From: an uncultured archaeon
GTDB lineage: Archaea > Iainarchaeota > Iainarchaeia > Iainarchaeales > GCA-2688035
NCBI GenBank assembly: GCA_964354805.1
Contig: CAYHBD010000008.1
Location: forward strand, 29,169 to 93,168
DNA: 64,000 bases
Reading direction: 5' to 3'
A program made the position numbers and the translations under genes. Positions 10,431 to 19,717 of this stretch are shown here, in pieces. Each line of letters starts with the position of its first letter. Position 1 is the stretch's first letter. The notes under the pieces are model-generated. The model did no database searches and was not told the DNA's origin. It saw only the letters and a list, made by a program, of their open reading frames with translations.

Positions 10431-10568
10431 GCAGGAAGAGCGAAATAATTTTTGGAAAGCATTGCTGATTTGCTCTCAGCCGAGCGCAGAGAGCTGCAGC
10501 CAAAGGGATTTAAACTTAATTAAGTATTATATCTACTGAAAACGCTCTGATGGCAAGGGACGATTTGA

Positions 10569-11765
10569 TTGAGAATTGTTTTTGTAACTAGCTGGGCTCC
10601 GAGGCACTGCGGCATCGCAACTTATACTGCCGAGCTTGCCAGGGCTTTGAGGGAGCATGGGCACGAAGTCCATATTGTCACTTTTTCTGACGGCGGCAAA
10701 AAAGGCGAGAAATTCGTCCACCCGGTTTTAAAGGTCAACAAGCGGACCAGGCAACTGATTGACCCTTGCTGGGACGAAAAATTATACAATGCAATTAACA
10801 AAATCAAGCCTGATGTAGTGCACTTGCAGCACGAGTATGGCTTGTATAGATCAGATGACGATTTCAGTTCCGGCTTGTTCAGGCCGTTCTTCAGGTGGAG
10901 GGTTGAAGCTGCTTTCCCTGTTGTTGCAACATTCCACAGCGTTTACACTGCTTTGGACAGGATGGAAAGCTGTTACATGGATGTTGCATTAAAGCTGATT
11001 GACGCAGGAGTTGTTCACGAGGAATACCAGAAGATTTATTTGCCTGAAAACATTGGAAGAGTTGCACCGAATGTTTACGTTATACCGCACGGGGCAAAAG
11101 ACATAAAGCCGTACAAGAACGCAAAAGAAGAGCTTGGGTTAATGGGAAAAAAGGTTGTTGGATTGATCGGATGGTGGGAGCCGAACAAGGGCTTTGAAAG
11201 GGTTGTAAAAATCTGGCCTCAAATCAAGAAGCAGCTTGGAAAAAGGGCAGTTCTGGTTATAGCTGGGGATGCAAGGCCAGGAAGCAAAAGCGGGCAAATG
11301 TACAAGCCAAAATTAGTGCAGGCAATCAAGAGAAGCAGCGCGGCAAGCAGCATCAAATTGATTGTTGGCGCTTTCCCGCCACAGGAATATGACAAAATTC
11401 TTTCATCATTTGATTTAATGGTTTTGCCTTACAGCAGGGCATCGCAAAGCGGAAACCTTGCGCATTCGTTTGCATTGGGCGTTCCATGCATTGCAACGGC
11501 AATGGAAGGGCTTAAAGCAGAGATTGAGAACAGCAAGGGCGGGGTAACAGTGCCGCCTGATGATGACGTGGAATTAATGCACGCAATAGCCCACGTAATG
11601 AAACATGACGAGCTAAGGAAAAGGTATGCGGAAAATGCCGCAAAGCATGTAACAAAAGAGATAAAGTGGAGCATTGTTGCAAGAAAACACACGGCATTGT
11701 ATGAGAAATTGATTGCGGATTTGGCTGAGGAATGCAAGCCAAAAAAGAAAGAGTATTTGCTGTGA
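10569..11765 (+). CDS. Glycosyltransferase family 4 (mannosyltransferase-like)
   Basis: SWAPRHCGIATYT, HLQHEYGLY, VIPHG, SQSGNLAH; TTG start. Confidence 0.9.
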   Translation: MRIVFVTSWAPRHCGIATYTAELARALREHGHEVHIVTFSDGGKKGEKFVHPVLKVNKRTRQLIDPCWDEKLYNAINKIKPDVVHLQHEYGLYRSDDDFSSGLFRPFFRWRVEAAFPVVATFHSVYTALDRMESCYMDVALKLIDAGVVHEEYQKIYLPENIGRVAPNVYVIPHGAKDIKPYKNAKEELGLMGKKVVGLIGWWEPNKGFERVVKIWPQIKKQLGKRAVLVIAGDARPGSKSGQMYKPKLVQAIKRSSAASSIKLIVGAFPPQEYDKILSSFDLMVLPYSRASQSGNLAHSFALGVPCIATAMEGLKAEIENSKGGVTVPPDDDVELMHAIAHVMKHDELRKRYAENAAKHVTKEIKWSIVARKHTALYEKLIADLAEECKPKKKEYLL

Positions 11766-11945
11766 GAATTATAAATTATTTTTATAATGTGGGTTGGAGA
11801 AATTACGGCAATGCATTTGCTGCAAAAAAAAGCACATTAATTCAAATGTGCGGGAAAACGAGCATTTGCTGTAAAAGCGGGGTTTGCAACCGCATAGTAT
11901 TCGTGGTTTGCAATTTAAGGGGATTTGCTAAAAGAGGGGCATTTT

Positions 11946-13160
11946 ATGCGAAAAAATGATTGGGTTCATTTTCTGGGTTCCTTTCCGCCGAGGGAGTGCG
12001 GGATTGCAACATTTACAAAAGACCTTGTCACGGCAATTGACCAATGCAAAAACCCTGGTGTTGAATGCAGGATTGCTGCAATGAACGACAACCTTTACTC
12101 AACATACAATTACCCAAAGCAGGTAAACATCCAGATCCACGAAGACGACCAGGAATCCTATTTAAGGGCGGCTGACAAGCTGAACAAAAGCAGGAAAACG
12201 CAGCTTGTATGCATCCAGCACGAATTCGGCCTGTTCGGCGGCAGCTTCGGCGAATACCTGATTCCGTTCCTTGAGGAATTGCAGAAACCAATTGTTACAA
12301 CTTTCCACAGCGTTCTGCCGGGCGTGCCGAAAATTGAAAGGCACAGGAAATATGTCGTGAAAAAAATCTGCCAGAACAGCGAAAAGGTTGTTGTAATAAG
12401 CGGTTTCGGAAAAGACATCCTGATGCAAAAATACGGCATACCGGAAGAAAAAATTGCGGTCATTCCGCACGGCGTTCCCTCTATTCCATTCAGGCAGGAG
12501 GAGAAAGCGAAAAAGGAGCTTGGCTTTGAGGGAAGAAAAATTTTAAGCACTTTTGGCTTGATGAGCAAAAGAAAAGGAATCCACTATGTTATCAAGGCAT
12601 TGCCAAAAATAATAGAACAAAACCCGGCGGCATTGTATCTGGTTATTGGGGAAACACACCCGCAGGTTAGAAAGCACGAGGGGGAAAAATACAGGAACTA
12701 CTTAAAAAAAATTGTTGGAAAGCTGAACCTGAAAAACCACGTAATGTTTGAAAACAGATACTTAACGCTGCAGGAAATATGCAAATACATCCAAGCAACA
12801 GACGTATACATAACTCCGTATTATGACCCTTACCAGATAAGCAGCGGAACACTGGCTTACGCTGTTGCTTCCGGGACTGCGTGCGTTTCCACTCCGTATT
12901 TGTATGCGAAGGATGTTTTGAGGCATGGGAGGGGCATTCTTGTCCCATTCCAGAGCAGCAGGGCAATTGTCAATTCTGTAAACAGGGTTTTGAGCGACAG
13001 GCAATTCAGGCTGTCGATTGAAAGGAAGGCGTTCAATTACACGCAGGGCTGGCAGTGGCCCAACATTGCTGAAAGCTATCTGCAATTGTTTGAGGAAATA
13101 TTGGGAGGCAATAAATTAAGGGCAGCACAAGCGCAAAAAAACTCGGTTGCAATTGCATAG
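11946..13160 (+). CDS. Glycosyltransferase family 4 (mannosyltransferase-like), paralog of the preceding gene
   Basis: SFPPRECGIATFT, IQHEFGLFGG, QISSGTLAYA. Confidence 0.92.
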   Translation: MRKNDWVHFLGSFPPRECGIATFTKDLVTAIDQCKNPGVECRIAAMNDNLYSTYNYPKQVNIQIHEDDQESYLRAADKLNKSRKTQLVCIQHEFGLFGGSFGEYLIPFLEELQKPIVTTFHSVLPGVPKIERHRKYVVKKICQNSEKVVVISGFGKDILMQKYGIPEEKIAVIPHGVPSIPFRQEEKAKKELGFEGRKILSTFGLMSKRKGIHYVIKALPKIIEQNPAALYLVIGETHPQVRKHEGEKYRNYLKKIVGKLNLKNHVMFENRYLTLQEICKYIQATDVYITPYYDPYQISSGTLAYAVASGTACVSTPYLYAKDVLRHGRGILVPFQSSRAIVNSVNRVLSDRQFRLSIERKAFNYTQGWQWPNIAESYLQLFEEILGGNKLRAAQAQKNSVAIA

Positions 13161-13178
13161 CAATTGCCCATTTTCCCA

Positions 13179-13231
13179 CGCAATGCCAAGCTAAAGAATA
13201 TTTGTTTTTTGTTTCATTGCTTGGCATTGCG
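13179..13231. repeat. Palindromic repeat family B (13-bp terminal inverted repeat, 27-nt spacer)
   Basis: cgcaatgccaagc...gcttggcattgcg; near-identical inverted copy at 37570-37620. Confidence 0.8.
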
Positions 13232-13422
13232 CCAAGGCTTTTTATGCTGAAAGCATAAAAAGGCTTTGCGGCTGTTTGAAGAAATTCCGGAAAAGGGCGG
13301 CTAATTGCCCTAATTAGTTCTTGTTTGAAGAGATTTGTGGTATTTTTGCGGCTACTGCTCTGCGGGTTAGTTTTGCAGAAGCAAAACCCTTTTCACAAGG
13401 CTTTTGCGAAGCAAAAAGGCTT
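13232..13422. repeat. Cluster of hairpin repeat family A copies
   Basis: ccaaggcTTTTTATGCT-gaa-AGCATAAAAAggcttt (13232-13267); GTTTTGC-agaa-GCAAAAC (about 13370-13387); caaggcTTTTGC-gaa-GCAAAAaggctt (13396-13422). Confidence 0.7.
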
Positions 13423-13466
13423 AGTTTTTTAAACAAGTTAACTGTTTATATTTTGAGGTTTGCTGA

Positions 13467-14165
13467 ATGCCGGATCCAGAGAGAACAAAAACAGGGGTGC
13501 CTGGCCTTGACGATATTTTGTATGGGGGCATTCCGCGGAACAACCTGGTTGTAATAAGCGGGGATCCCGGCAGCGGGAAAACCTGCCTGTGCCTGGAGTT
13601 TCTATACTACGGTGCAGTGAAATACGGCGAATCTGGCGTGTATGTTTCATTGGAGGAAAGCGAGGAGGAAATAATTGGCTTTGCTGAATTGTTCGGCTGG
13701 GATGTCAAAGGCTTGATTGAGCAAAAGCTGTTGAGCATTGTTACAGTTGAATTGTACGATTTCGACAAATTGAAGAACACTGTTGAAGACGAAATTGCAA
13801 GGCTTCAGGCAAAGCGCTTGGTGATTGACCCAGGCGTTGTTTTTAGATTATATTTTGACAGGGAGCTTGATGCAAGGAAAAGGATTCTTTCGCTCGGGAG
13901 AATGCTTAAGAGGATTGGCTGCACTGCGGTAATCACAAATGAAATAAGCCTGGAGAAAGCTAGTTCCTTGTTTGGATTGGAGGAATACGTTGCCGATGGG
14001 GTAATATTGCTTTACCACACGAAACTTGAGGACAGGTTTATCAGGTCGATTGGAATCCTGAAAATGAGGGGCACTAAAATAAGCGAAAGGCTGCACCCGA
14101 TCAGGATAACCAAGGACGGGATAAAGATTCTGTCCAAACAGGAACTGTTTGAAGAAGTGAAATAA
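13467..14165 (+). CDS. KaiC/RAD55 family RecA-superfamily ATPase
   Basis: TGVPGLD, GDPGSGKT Walker A, YVSLEES, EEYVADGVI, ILKMRGT. Confidence 0.9.
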   Translation: MPDPERTKTGVPGLDDILYGGIPRNNLVVISGDPGSGKTCLCLEFLYYGAVKYGESGVYVSLEESEEEIIGFAELFGWDVKGLIEQKLLSIVTVELYDFDKLKNTVEDEIARLQAKRLVIDPGVVFRLYFDRELDARKRILSLGRMLKRIGCTAVITNEISLEKASSLFGLEEYVADGVILLYHTKLEDRFIRSIGILKMRGTKISERLHPIRITKDGIKILSKQELFEEVK

Positions 14166-14278
14166 CTGGGAAGGAAAAAATGGACTGTAAAAAACAGGGG
14201 TCGTTTGAAGAAGTGAAGTGAAAGCATGGCGAAATTGGAGTGTTTTAAAAAACGGGGATTTTTGAGGAAGTAAAGTAA
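14136..14278 (+). repeat. Three stacked diverged copies of the KaiC-gene 3' end (FEEVK*)
   Basis: tttgaagaagtgaaataa / tttgaagaagtgaagtga / tttgaggaagtaaagtaa, ending at 14165, 14221 and 14278. Confidence 0.8.
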
Positions 14279-14303
14279 TTGCATTACAAGCGGCTGATGG
14301 ATA

Positions 14304-14996
14304 ATGGCTGAAATGAAAAAAGATTGGGGGCAGCGGAAAAGCCCTGCAGCGGAAATAGGGGGAATGAAAAAAGCAGGGCAAGAGAGCAGCAAAAGCAAGT
14401 CTGATGAAATAGATGAATTAATGCGCTTCCTGCAGCCCGGCAGGGAGGTTGGCTTGGCGATTCTCAGGGCTTTGGAGGAATTTCCTGAAAAATACGTTGT
14501 TTTAATGGTCGCAAACAGAAAAAAGTATCCCGTGCTCGCGGAGCAGTTAATCAAATACTTTGTCGGAAAAAAAGCTGAAGGCATTTTCATTACAACAAAC
14601 AAGCCCGCAGTTGACCTTGTTGAAGGGCTGAGAAAAGAAAAAGTTGATTTGGGCAAGGTGAACTTAATTGACACAGTCAGCAAAAGAAGCGGAGAAGGGG
14701 AAGTTGACGCCCACAACATAATTTACATTGATTCTCCGGAAAACCTAACCGAACTGGATTCTGCAATCAACGACTGCATTGAAAAAGTGCAGGGCAAAAA
14801 CAGGTTTTTTGTCTTGGACAGCATGTCAACATTGCTTGTATACAACACCGAAAGGACAGTGGAAAAATTCATGCACAGCCTGAGCGGAAAAGCAAGGGCA
14901 AAGCAATTCAAAACAGTTTTCACGCTTGCAAGCGAAACAAGGCAGGAAACCCTGAACATCCTCTCGCAATTCTGCGACAAGGTAATAGAAATTTAA
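14304..14996 (+). CDS. Inactivated KaiC/RecA-like domain protein (DUF835-like)
   Basis: GIFITTNKP, LIDTVS, IDSPENLTEL, FVLDSMSTLLVYN; no Walker A; adjacent to KaiC. Confidence 0.65.
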   Translation: MAEMKKDWGQRKSPAAEIGGMKKAGQESSKSKSDEIDELMRFLQPGREVGLAILRALEEFPEKYVVLMVANRKKYPVLAEQLIKYFVGKKAEGIFITTNKPAVDLVEGLRKEKVDLGKVNLIDTVSKRSGEGEVDAHNIIYIDSPENLTELDSAINDCIEKVQGKNRFFVLDSMSTLLVYNTERTVEKFMHSLSGKARAKQFKTVFTLASETRQETLNILSQFCDKVIEI

Positions 14997-15051
14997 CAGC
15001 CGGCGCCAATGCCAACAACAGGCAACTTATTGAAATCCCGCAGCAAGTACC

Positions 15052-16341
15052 TCAAATTGACAAAAGAACTTTTTTTCCTGTTGCATCAGCAAGAACAGCC
15101 TGCAGTCGCTGCTGCAATGCAATCTGCTGCTGCTGCATATTTTTCAGCTGAGCCTTTTTCTCATGCAACTGCCCTTGCATTTGCTCTGCATCTTTCTTTG
15201 ATTGGTTCAATTCATTCAGCATGTTTCTCTCTTTCTGCTCCGCAGGCAGCTGCTGCAATTTTTTTTCAATAGCAGCAAGCTGGGCATCCAGCTGGTTAAA
15301 GCGCCAAAAAACCCTGTCAAAAAAATTGAATGCAATCAGCTCGTGCAATGCAGCCAGGCGCTTTTCCCTTTCTTTATCCTTCAACTCAATCGTGCCCTGC
15401 TCAATTGCCTTTTCAGCCTCCGCCAGCAACTGCTTTAATTTAATCGCCTTGGGGTCGGCCCTCAATGCATCAAAAGGGTTTGTCAAAATCTCGCGCAGAA
15501 AAACAGACAACTCTCTCTCAAGCGAAAGCTTCCCTGCACTAACTGCCTTCTGCATCCTGTGCAACGGCCTTTCAACCTTGCTGAACAAATCAATTGTTTC
15601 GGTTTTCGCGCCCTGCTTTGAACGCAGCAATTCAGCTTTTTCGCCGTTCAAAGCATTAATCTGCGCGAATTCATCACTCTGCTGCAGGCGCTGCAATGCC
15701 TGCTGCTGCCCAGCAATTTCCTGCTCCAGCCCGGCAATGCTGTTCTGCAATTCCTCAATCTCCTTCCGTGTTTTCTCAATGGCATCGGCTTTAGCCACCA
15801 AATCCTTTACAGCGGTGCTTACACTCTGCTGCAGAAAAACAGAGTTTGCACCTGAAAAATCGGTTTGCAGGCCGGAAAAGCACTCGCTTAGCTGCCTGAA
15901 AGTGTCGCCAAGGTTTTTTACCTGCTGCTTAAAAGAAATCGAGGTATAAGCAATGTTTTTTCCAAACAGGCCTATTTCCCTCTGCAACAATGCACTTGCA
16001 TCAATGCAGTACTGCCTTACAACAGCAGGCTCGCTTGCTGCAGGAGGCTGCAGTTTCTCAACCAAAGCCGCAAGCTGCCTCTCCGCATTGCTCTTTGCAG
16101 TGCTCACAATCTGCTGCAAGCGCTTGTTATCGCTCTGGGCATCGGCTTTGCGCAGTTCTCCAAGCAATGACTGCAATTGCCTGAGCAGATGCTTTATTTC
16201 AGCCAGCTTGCCTGCAACAGCCAAATCCAATTGCCTGCTCTGCCCTGCAACGCTGTCCGAAAAAAATTGCTGAACCAGGTCCAAACGCAGCTCAATTGGC
16301 TTCTCTTCCTTCTTTCCAAAAATTTTATCAAAAACGCCCAT
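15052..16341 (-). CDS. Coiled-coil hypothetical protein
   Basis: About 430 aa, Q/E/K/L-rich heptads, starts MGVFDKIFGKK. Confidence 0.75.
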   Translation of the reverse strand: MGVFDKIFGKKEEKPIELRLDLVQQFFSDSVAGQSRQLDLAVAGKLAEIKHLLRQLQSLLGELRKADAQSDNKRLQQIVSTAKSNAERQLAALVEKLQPPAASEPAVVRQYCIDASALLQREIGLFGKNIAYTSISFKQQVKNLGDTFRQLSECFSGLQTDFSGANSVFLQQSVSTAVKDLVAKADAIEKTRKEIEELQNSIAGLEQEIAGQQQALQRLQQSDEFAQINALNGEKAELLRSKQGAKTETIDLFSKVERPLHRMQKAVSAGKLSLERELSVFLREILTNPFDALRADPKAIKLKQLLAEAEKAIEQGTIELKDKEREKRLAALHELIAFNFFDRVFWRFNQLDAQLAAIEKKLQQLPAEQKERNMLNELNQSKKDAEQMQGQLHEKKAQLKNMQQQQIALQQRLQAVLADATGKKVLLSI

Positions 16342-16547
16342 GGCAAATAAATTACTCAAAAAAAGGGAATTTAAAGGAATAGCAATCTTGCCGGAAAAAC
16401 AAAAAAGCGAAAGTGAAAAAAAGCCTCCTTGCAAAACCAAAGGTTTTGCGAGGCATCGTAAAGCTTCGCTTTACAATGTTGGAAAAAACCAGCGGAACCC
16501 CGCTCTATGGAAAGCTGTTTAAATAATGCAGGACAAATCTAATTAAC

Positions 16548-17216
16548 ATGGCAGAATTGTTTGACTTCAACGAAATGGTGACAAGGCACATTGAAAGGGA
16601 AAACAGGCCGAAGAGCATTGGAAAATATTATCCGAGCGAAATAGGCGGCTGCATGCGAAAGGTGTGGTACAGCTACAAGTATCCGCAGCAGGTGCAGCCT
16701 GAGCTGCTGAAAATTTTTGAAGTGGGCAACATGCTGCACGGCTTTGTTGTTGAAGTGCTGCAAAGCGAAAAAAACCCGGAAGTGCAGCTGTTGCAAAGCG
16801 AGTTCCCGCTGAAAATAACCCAGCCTGAATTCACCATAAGCGGCAGGGTTGATGACCTGCTGCTGGTAAAGGCAAGCGGAAAAACAATTGTGGTGGAAGT
16901 GAAGTCAACAAAAAGCATTGAATTCGTAAAGGAAGCAAACGAAAGCCACGTAATGCAGCTGCAGCTATACATGCACGCAACAGGAACACACAACGGCATA
17001 ATACTGTACATTGACAAGGGAAACCTGCAAAGCAAACAATTTGAAATAGATTACAGCCGGGAAGAGATTGAAAAAATACTGCAGCGCTTCGGGCAGCTGC
17101 ACCACCTGCTCAAATCAAGCCTGCTGCCGCTGGCTGAAGCAAAAAAAAGCGAAGACAAGCAATGGATGTGCAGATACTGCGAATACACTGAAAAATGCGA
17201 AAGGAACGAGGAATAA
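16548..17216 (+). CDS. cas4: Solo Cas4-like PD-(D/E)XK exonuclease with Fe-S cysteines
   Basis: YPSEIGGCMRK, SGRVDD, VEVKS, QLQLY, CRYCEYTEKC; no other cas genes in the window. Confidence 0.85.
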   Translation: MAELFDFNEMVTRHIERENRPKSIGKYYPSEIGGCMRKVWYSYKYPQQVQPELLKIFEVGNMLHGFVVEVLQSEKNPEVQLLQSEFPLKITQPEFTISGRVDDLLLVKASGKTIVVEVKSTKSIEFVKEANESHVMQLQLYMHATGTHNGIILYIDKGNLQSKQFEIDYSREEIEKILQRFGQLHHLLKSSLLPLAEAKKSEDKQWMCRYCEYTEKCERNEE

Positions 17217-17292
17217 AATCAGTTTTGTATAAGTCTTACTTTCTTATTTTCAGAAAAGTTTATAATATGTTTGAAGCAGTATTTATATTGAG

Positions 17293-17580
17293 GTGATTAT
17301 TTTGGCTGAAGTGGAATTAACAAAAATGAGTTCAAGGGGCCAGATAGTTATCCCCTTAGAGATACGGGAAGAGATGCACTTGAGAGAAGGGACTGCTTTT
17401 GCTGTTACTGGAAAGGGAGATACCTTGCTGCTAAAAATGGTAAAAACACCTTCAAAAGAAGAGATACTGGCGGGATGGGAAAGGATTACTGCAAAAGCAA
17501 GAGAGCAGGCGAAAAAACACGGGATAAAACAAAGCGATGTTGAGAAAATAATCCACGGGGCAAGGGGCATCAAAGGATGA
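17293..17580 (+). CDS. AbrB/MazE/SpoVT family antitoxin
   Basis: TKMSSRGQIVIPLEIREEMHL; overlaps the PIN gene (ATGA). Confidence 0.88.
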   Translation: MIILAEVELTKMSSRGQIVIPLEIREEMHLREGTAFAVTGKGDTLLLKMVKTPSKEEILAGWERITAKAREQAKKHGIKQSDVEKIIHGARGIKG

Positions 17581-17999
17581 TAAAAATCGTTCTCGACACC
17601 AATGTACTGATATCAGCAACGTTCTGGAGAGGCCCCTCCAATGAAATAACGTTATTGGCTTCAAAGCAAAAGATAAGCTGCTTTACCTCAATTGAAATAA
17701 TAGAAGAGTACGCGAGAATACTGAAAAGAGACTTCAAACAGGAAGACAATGAAATAGAAGAAAAAGTAAACGCAATTCTCTTGTTCTCACAAATCGTGAA
17801 GCCAATTATAAGAATAAATGCCGTCAAAGATGACCCCGCAGACAACAAGATATTGGAGGCAGCATTGGCTGCCAACGCAGACTACATTGTGAGCGGTGAC
17901 AGGCATTTAATCAAACTTGAAGAATTTAAAGAAACAAAAATACTGAAGGCAAAACAGTTCCTAGAACAACTGGGAAAAAGAGGGAGAAACGAAGCATAA
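17577..17999 (+). CDS. PIN domain toxin (VapC-like)
   Basis: IVLDTNVLISA, DPADNKILEAA, YIVSGDRHL. Confidence 0.92.
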   Translation: MIKIVLDTNVLISATFWRGPSNEITLLASKQKISCFTSIEIIEEYARILKRDFKQEDNEIEEKVNAILLFSQIVKPIIRINAVKDDPADNKILEAALAANADYIVSGDRHLIKLEEFKETKILKAKQFLEQLGKRGRNEA

Positions 18000-18150
18000 A
18001 GCCGGCCAACGCAGGAAAAAGAGTTTGTCCTAAGGAAAAAATCTTTGAAAAGACGAGTTGCGCAGTTTATTTGGCTTTGCCCTTGGCTGCCGGAAAGGAT
18101 TCCAAAAAAGGGTTTTGTATTTTATTAAGTTTGCTGGTTAGTTGATTGCT

Positions 18151-18750
18151 ATGGAGTTTGAATTCGGGCGCAACAAAATTGTTTTTGAAAAAGAGTTTTC
18201 AAGCCTTGACAAATTAGTGCTGCGTTTTGTAAAAATTCTTGACGCGCTTGAAGTGGATTATGTAATAATTTCCGGCTACATTGCGATTTTGTTCGGCAGG
18301 AGCAGGAACACGGAGGATGTTGACCTGTTCATTGAAGAAATGGCGTTTGAAAAATTTCTGCGCTTTTGGAATGAACTGGAAAAACAAGGGTTCGAATGCC
18401 TGAACACTTCAAGCGCAAAAGAGGCGTTTGAAGATTATTTGAACGAGAAGCTGGCGGTCAGGTTTGCTGAGAAGGGAATGGTTCAGCCAAACTTTGAGGT
18501 AAAATTCCCGAAAACAGATTTGAACCAATATTCCCTCAAAAACAAAATAATTGTCGAAATAGGCAAGGAAAAGCTCAACACCTCAAAAATGGAATTGCAG
18601 ATAGCATTCAAGCTGTATTTGGGCTCCGGCAAGGACATTGAGGATGCGATTCACTTGTGGGAAATGTTTAAAGGCAGGTTGAACATGGAATTATTCAATG
18701 GCTTTGTGAAACGGCTCGGAGTTGAAAGAAAGGTTAAATTACTGGAGTGA
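18151..18750 (+). CDS. Nucleotidyltransferase-fold protein (AbiEii/MNT-like)
   Basis: YVIISGYIAILFGRSRNTEDVDLF; K...KDIEDA C-terminal motif. Confidence 0.7.
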   Translation: MEFEFGRNKIVFEKEFSSLDKLVLRFVKILDALEVDYVIISGYIAILFGRSRNTEDVDLFIEEMAFEKFLRFWNELEKQGFECLNTSSAKEAFEDYLNEKLAVRFAEKGMVQPNFEVKFPKTDLNQYSLKNKIIVEIGKEKLNTSKMELQIAFKLYLGSGKDIEDAIHLWEMFKGRLNMELFNGFVKRLGVERKVKLLE

Positions 18751-18754
18751 AATT

Positions 18755-18910
18755 ATGGAAAAGCTTCCAAAAATCGATTTGAAAGAATTGAAAAAAGAAA
18801 TGGAGCTCAACAAGCAGCAGAGGCTCGAATTTGTAAGGCAATATGCTGAATGGCTGAAAAAAACCCCGAACAAAGTGTGGAGCAAACAGCAGGCAAAATA
18901 CTTAAAATAA
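18755..18910 (+). CDS. Small basic partner of the nucleotidyltransferase
   Basis: GGAGTGA RBS; about 51-aa helical ORF directly downstream. Confidence 0.6.
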   Translation: MEKLPKIDLKELKKEMELNKQQRLEFVRQYAEWLKKTPNKVWSKQQAKYLK

Positions 18911-18982
18911 AAGCAGTGCAACACCCCTAAGCCCTGTGAAAAACCAATATTCTTATATATCTTTTTGTTATATATTTGATAG

Positions 18983-19258
18983 GTGATGTTTTTGAGTGAA
19001 ACTTTGGTTAGGCTGGAGGGCGCGCCGGAAATTGTTTTGGAAAAACTGACCAGGCTTGGCTTGTTTAAAACAAAGACAGAGGCAATTAGGGCCGCTATTA
19101 TGGATTTGGGAAAGGACTACAAGGTGTTCAACAGCATGCGGGATTTGGAGGACGAGCTTGTTGTTCGCAAAGTTGCCAGGATTCATAAAGAGATTAAGAG
19201 CGGCAAGTGCAAGGTCTTCACCGAAGAAGAGGTTAAGAAAAAATACGGCTTTAAGTGA
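18983..19258 (+). CDS. Ribbon-helix-helix type antitoxin
   Basis: LEKLTRLGLFKTKTEAIRAAI; overlaps the downstream toxin. Confidence 0.7.
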   Translation: MMFLSETLVRLEGAPEIVLEKLTRLGLFKTKTEAIRAAIMDLGKDYKVFNSMRDLEDELVVRKVARIHKEIKSGKCKVFTEEEVKKKYGFK

Positions 19259-19527
19259 TTTCCTTGTTTCGCTTGGATTATGGCAAAGGCTGGGATAAAT
19301 TCTTCACCAAAATGGACAAGTCAGAGCAGGCAAGAATCTGGAAGAAAATCCAGCAACTTAAAACCATTGCAAAAGCAAGGCATTTAGGGAGAGGCTTGCC
19401 GTACTTTGTTGTGGAATCAGGCCAGCACAGAATCTGCTTCATCGAAGAAGGGCAAACCCGCACAATTGTTTTTGCTGGAAACCACAAGCAATACCAGAAA
19501 TGGTACACGGCTTTGGAAAACTTGTGA
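19255..19527 (+). CDS. RelE-superfamily toxin
   Basis: Size, position, KMDKSEQARIWKKI, RICF...IVFAGNHK. Confidence 0.65.
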   Translation: MISLFRLDYGKGWDKFFTKMDKSEQARIWKKIQQLKTIAKARHLGRGLPYFVVESGQHRICFIEEGQTRTIVFAGNHKQYQKWYTALENL

Positions 19528-19717
19528 TGCCCTGCAACTTCCTTTAATTCTTTATATGACCCATAATTATTGCCGATGCTGAACTGACAATGACGCAGAG
19601 CGCAAGCCGTGAAGAAACATGGGCGGACTGCGGCTATAAAGGACTTAAAATTAATAAAATATTAATATTTAGTCATTTATAGATGGATTTTTAAAGCTTT
19701 CAGGCTTTAATTTAAGT

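Noticed and set aside
14136-14278. CRISPR mini-array near cas4
   Set aside because: Units are non-identical, non-palindromic and equal the KaiC coding end; no cas1/cas2 or leader
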